Source: Spirochaetota bacterium
GTDB taxonomy: Bacteria > Spirochaetota > UBA4802 > UBA5368
Direction: 5' to 3'
Length of the DNA stretch: 64,000 bases
NCBI GenBank assembly: GCA_004297825.1
Contig: SCSX01000060.1
Coordinates: 7,631-71,630, forward strand
Under the pieces are notes generated by a model. It was given only the letters and a program-made list of their open reading frames with translations, was not told where the DNA came from and searched no databases. Below, in pieces: positions 60,976-64,000 of the stretch; position 1 is the stretch's first letter, and each line of letters begins with the position of its first letter. The position numbers were made by a program, and so were the translations under genes.

Positions 60976-61941
60976 CTACATGGCCTTCGCGAGCTTCAGC
61001 TCGGCGAGGGCAGTGTCCTGCCACTTGGTTCCCTTGTAGACGCCGTCTATGATGAACTTGAGGCGCTTCACGCCCTTGTAGGTGCCGGCGTTCTGGAGGT
61101 CGCGCCTGTTGTCCTCGAAATTGACCGCCGAGGTGAAGGTGTTGCCGTTATCCGCGGTGATCTCGACGCGCATCGATTTAACGCGATTGTTGAGCACGTA
61201 GAGGTCGCCGTCCGCGCCGTAGCTCGCGAAATTTTTGTCTTTAAGCACGAAGCCGTTGATCATCGACACCGTCACCGATGTCGCCTCGGGAAAGCTCACC
61301 GCGATCCACTGGCCTATGCCGTCGTTGCCCACCTGCCAGGTGGTGCCGGGGTTGCCGTCAAACAGGTTCGCCGCGCCAAAGTTGTACCCGCCGCTGTCCG
61401 GCAGCGCCGATGACGCCTCGTACTGGCACTTCCCGATCCCCGGTATCGCGATCTCGTTGCCCGGCTTCGCCTTCGCGTCGGGCGCTTCGCGCGCCGCCGT
61501 TTTCTTCACCCAGCCCACGAGCTGCATGTTCACATGCGCCTTGACCCAGTCGCCCTTTTCGGCGATCACGATGGCCTTGGTGCCTTTCGCGAGCTGCCCC
61601 TTGACGGGCGAGTCGCCGTCCGGTTGTTCGTGGAGCTTCGTCTTCTCGTCGAACTCGATCACCTGCTTCTTCCCTTCGAAAACGAACTGTTTCTGGATCC
61701 AGCCCTTCGTCGTTCCGTCGGGGAGCACGACCTCCATCCAGTCGCCGTCCTTCTGCACCATGAGCACCTTGAGCTCCTGCCCGCGGTTCACGTTGGCGAT
61801 CCACTTGAAGGCCCCCGTCTCGGTGGTGGGCTTGTCGCGCAACGCCGCGTTCTCGAGCATGACCCCCCCGATGTCTTTTTTACATCCCCACGAGAGGGCC
61901 AAGGCCGCCGCGAGAATAATGAATAATAGCCTGCGAGTCAT
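60976..61941 (-). CDS. Lipoprotein with SH3-like and discoidin (F5/8 type C)-like domains
   Basis: Start at MTRRLLFIILAAALALSWGC (lipobox). A GDWMEVVLPDGTTKGWIQ/GDWVKAHV pair (bacterial SH3-like), then ANLFDGNPGTTWQ...GQWIAVSF (discoidin-like). The ORF extends upstream to 62334, but that part looks non-coding. Confidence 0.6.
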   Translation of the reverse strand: MTRRLLFIILAAALALSWGCKKDIGGVMLENAALRDKPTTETGAFKWIANVNRGQELKVLMVQKDGDWMEVVLPDGTTKGWIQKQFVFEGKKQVIEFDEKTKLHEQPDGDSPVKGQLAKGTKAIVIAEKGDWVKAHVNMQLVGWVKKTAAREAPDAKAKPGNEIAIPGIGKCQYEASSALPDSGGYNFGAANLFDGNPGTTWQVGNDGIGQWIAVSFPEATSVTVSMINGFVLKDKNFASYGADGDLYVLNNRVKSMRVEITADNGNTFTSAVNFEDNRRDLQNAGTYKGVKRLKFIIDGVYKGTKWQDTALAELKLAKAM

Positions 61942-62220
61942 ACGGGTACCTCCTTTCCATTTCCTGCCTGAATTTGGTGCGTCAGATTTTTTCGATGAGA
62001 AGCCGCGCGCGATCCCGCACGCCGATATGCGCCGAGTATACGCAGAGAATAGAGTCCGCGTCAAGCAGAAATGCCGGGGGCGCCGCCGGACAATAATCCG
62101 GGAATCCGGATTATCGCCGCAAAGGGACGGCGGTGGATACCCGTGGATTTTATTGTTTGACTGTTCACGATCCGCCGCGGGAATATCAGGGGGTCCGATA
62201 CACGTATCGAGGGGGGAAGC

Positions 62221-62880
62221 ATGGACCGATTCATAGACCTGAGTCACGAGATAGAAGACGGGATGATTACCTACAAGGGGCTGCCCGCGCCCGCGATCGG
62301 AGAGCACATGGGCTTCGAGGATTCGCACGCGCACTACGGCCCCGGCACCGAGTTCACCATAGGCAGGATCGAGATGGTCGCGAACACGGGAACCTATGTG
62401 GATTCACCGTATCACCGTCACCGCGCCGGGGCGGACCTCGCGGCATTGCCGCTCGCGTCGCTCGCTAACCTGGAAGGCGTACTCGTGAGCCTTCCCGCCG
62501 GTACAAGGGCCGCCGATGCGTCCCACTTTTCCGGGCTCGCGCTCGCGGGGAAGGCCGTGCTCGTCTATACGGGCTGGGATGCGCACTGGCGCACCGAGAC
62601 CTATTATTCCGGCCATCCTCACCTCACGCGAGACGCCGCCATGCTTCTCGCGCAATCCCGTGTGGCGCTCGTGGGGATCGATTCCTACAACATAGACAGC
62701 ACTCTCGATTTGCTGCGCCCGGTGCATACTATCCTGCTGGGCGCGGGGATTCCCATCGTCGAGCATCTTTGCGGCCTGGAAGCGCTCCGGGGGAAAGCCT
62801 TCCGCTTCTTCGCGGTGCCGCCCATGGTGAAGCGATTCGGCTCCTTCCCGGTGCGGGCATTCGCCATCGTTGCGGAATGA
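62221..62880 (+). CDS. Cyclase-family protein (kynurenine-formamidase-like fold)
   Basis: DLSHEI...GTYVDSPYHRH matches the cyclase family HxGTHxDxPxH metal site. Confidence 0.75.
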   Translation: MDRFIDLSHEIEDGMITYKGLPAPAIGEHMGFEDSHAHYGPGTEFTIGRIEMVANTGTYVDSPYHRHRAGADLAALPLASLANLEGVLVSLPAGTRAADASHFSGLALAGKAVLVYTGWDAHWRTETYYSGHPHLTRDAAMLLAQSRVALVGIDSYNIDSTLDLLRPVHTILLGAGIPIVEHLCGLEALRGKAFRFFAVPPMVKRFGSFPVRAFAIVAE

Positions 62881-63176
62881 ATCTCTTCGATCTCTGCCAC
62901 GACCATTGCCCGCCACAAAACGCTTTGAGTTAAATTTGGTGCATTCATCGAGGATCGCGTATCGGATATGGCCGATAGGATGTCGGTGGCAGGCATGCCT
63001 GTGAAAAGGGACGGATGCATGCACGCATGCGCATCGGCCCCCGAAAATGAAGCGGGAGAATATGAATGCATTCGTATACCCGATGCGTATCGTGCGGCTG
63101 CTAATTGTACTTGAAATTTTTCCGCGCACAACGATCCTGTTATTGGGAATCATAATCTGATCATGGAGAACCGGCA

Positions 63177-63926
63177 ATGAAACTGATGACGCGATTGTGC
63201 CTGGCCGCACTCGTGTGTTCGCTCGCATTTTTCTCTCCAGCATGCAAGAAGGGCGAGAAGGCGATACTCGAGGACAACTGGAAGCTCTCGGAGAAGGCGG
63301 CGATGAATCAGGAGCTTAATAAACTGCGCGACTCGCTTTCCGGCGCGAAGGACGATTTCGAACGCGCGTCCATTCACCGGAAGATCGCGCAGATAGAATC
63401 GGAGAAGGGCGACGCGGCCGGCTCCATGAAATCGGCGCTCGAATCGATCAAGTATTATCCGAACGGCCCCGAGGCGCATTACCTGTTGGGAAAGACCTAC
63501 CTCGCGTCCGGCCGGTTTCGCGACGCGGAGAACGAGCTTGCCACCGCGATCGAGCTCGATCCCAAGCTCGCGCCGGCGCATTTCGAGATGGGTAATTTTC
63601 ACTACAAGATGCGGAACTACCCGGCCGCCATCGCGTCCTACACGAGCGCCGTCGAGCTCGACGGGACGAACTTCCAGGCGTACAACAACATGGGTGTCAT
63701 GTTCTACCAGACGGGAAACGCCGCGCGGGCCGAGCAGTCCTTGAAAAAAGTGATGGAGCTGAAGCCCGATTACGCGAGCGCGTATAAGAACCTGGGGATA
63801 CTCTACGAGCTCAAGATGGGGGATAACGCCGGGGCGCTCGCGCAGTACCGGAAATATCTTGAGGTGCGGCCCAACGCCCCGGACCGCGCGGCGGTCAGGC
63901 TCTGGATCCAGAAGCTGGGGGGCTGA
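63177..63926 (+). CDS. TPR-repeat lipoprotein
   Basis: Lipobox FFSPACKKG. At least 4 TPR units (AHYLLGKTYLASGRFRDAENELATAIELDP etc.). Confidence 0.7.
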   Translation: MKLMTRLCLAALVCSLAFFSPACKKGEKAILEDNWKLSEKAAMNQELNKLRDSLSGAKDDFERASIHRKIAQIESEKGDAAGSMKSALESIKYYPNGPEAHYLLGKTYLASGRFRDAENELATAIELDPKLAPAHFEMGNFHYKMRNYPAAIASYTSAVELDGTNFQAYNNMGVMFYQTGNAARAEQSLKKVMELKPDYASAYKNLGILYELKMGDNAGALAQYRKYLEVRPNAPDRAAVRLWIQKLGG

Positions 63927-64000
63927 CAATGAAAACCAGAATGAAAATCGCCGCATTGGTATTCGCCGCATGCGCGTTGTGCGGCATCGCATGGTCGCAG

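Noticed and set aside
61235-62334. 333-aa plus-strand ORF and the N-terminal 131-codon extension of ORF 60976..62334
   Set aside because: The extension lacks a signal peptide and has atypical composition. The lipoprotein start MTRRLLFIIL...SWGC at 61941 is far more plausible. The plus ORF is antisense shadow.
63150-63992. 280-aa minus-strand ORF opposite the TPR lipoprotein gene
   Set aside because: Arg/Leu/Gly-rich antisense shadow. The plus frame has a lipobox and TPR repeats.

Overview
This is a 64 kb stretch of a bacterial chromosome with mosaic GC content. Bases 1-12.7 kb are roughly 45-50% GC. The rest is mostly very high GC (60-70%), with moderate-GC islets at about 24.0-28.6 kb and 32.56-32.98 kb. 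No rRNA, tRNA, CRISPR array, transposase or integrase was recognised. Lipoprotein lipoboxes, TPR proteins, PAS sensor kinases and a corrinoid methylation pair point to an anaerobic Gram-negative, possibly Desulfobacterota- or spirochaete-like; this is inference.

Content in order:
(1) A minus-strand efflux operon with 4-bp overlapping junctions: TolC-like outer membrane factor, HlyD-type membrane fusion protein and two tandem AcrB-family RND permeases, plus a small membrane protein and upstream lipoproteins.
(2) Two SDR oxidoreductases and a TetR regulator, followed by a 7TMR-DISM receptor fused to an AraC HTH.
(3) A toxin-antitoxin patch. It holds a split minimal-nucleotidyltransferase gene pair whose two frames meet at a C5 homopolymer, and an MntA/HepT pair with the Rx4HxY motif. 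The two are separated by an operon of FAH-family hydrolase, tRNA-dihydrouridine synthase and a small zinc-ribbon ORF joined by ATGA overlap.
(4) A moderate-GC surface-protein island: a 489-aa beta-helix lipoprotein plus a 1006-aa protein with tandem ~340-bp Ig-like repeats.
(5) An orphan HicB-like antitoxin in a low-GC islet with its own sigma70-like promoter.
(6) A candidate mercury-methylation locus: an HgcA-like corrinoid membrane protein (NVWCSSGKG cap-helix variant), an HgcB-like 2[4Fe-4S] ferredoxin ending in CC, and an ArsR/SmtB regulator.
(7) Thioredoxin reductase, a pRiA4b-ORF3-like protein and a Tat-signal HxH protein.
(8) A 1682-aa Trp/Pro-rich tandem-repeat envelope protein, divergent from a PAS/coiled-coil hybrid histidine kinase.
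(9) A Gfo/Idh/MocA oxidoreductase, a processive GT2 (QxxRW), an N-formylglutamate amidohydrolase-like protein, an Lrp/AsnC regulator, an EndoIII-like glycosylase, a periplasmic thioredoxin, a CBM48 protein and a 1070-aa acidic/TPR protein.
(10) hemC translationally coupled to a cobA-hemD fusion.
(11) Secreted and lipoproteins, a cyclase-family protein and a TPR lipoprotein.

Many long ORFs opposite real genes in the high-GC parts are stop-codon-poor shadows and were rejected. All calls rest on motifs read by eye; no database search was possible.
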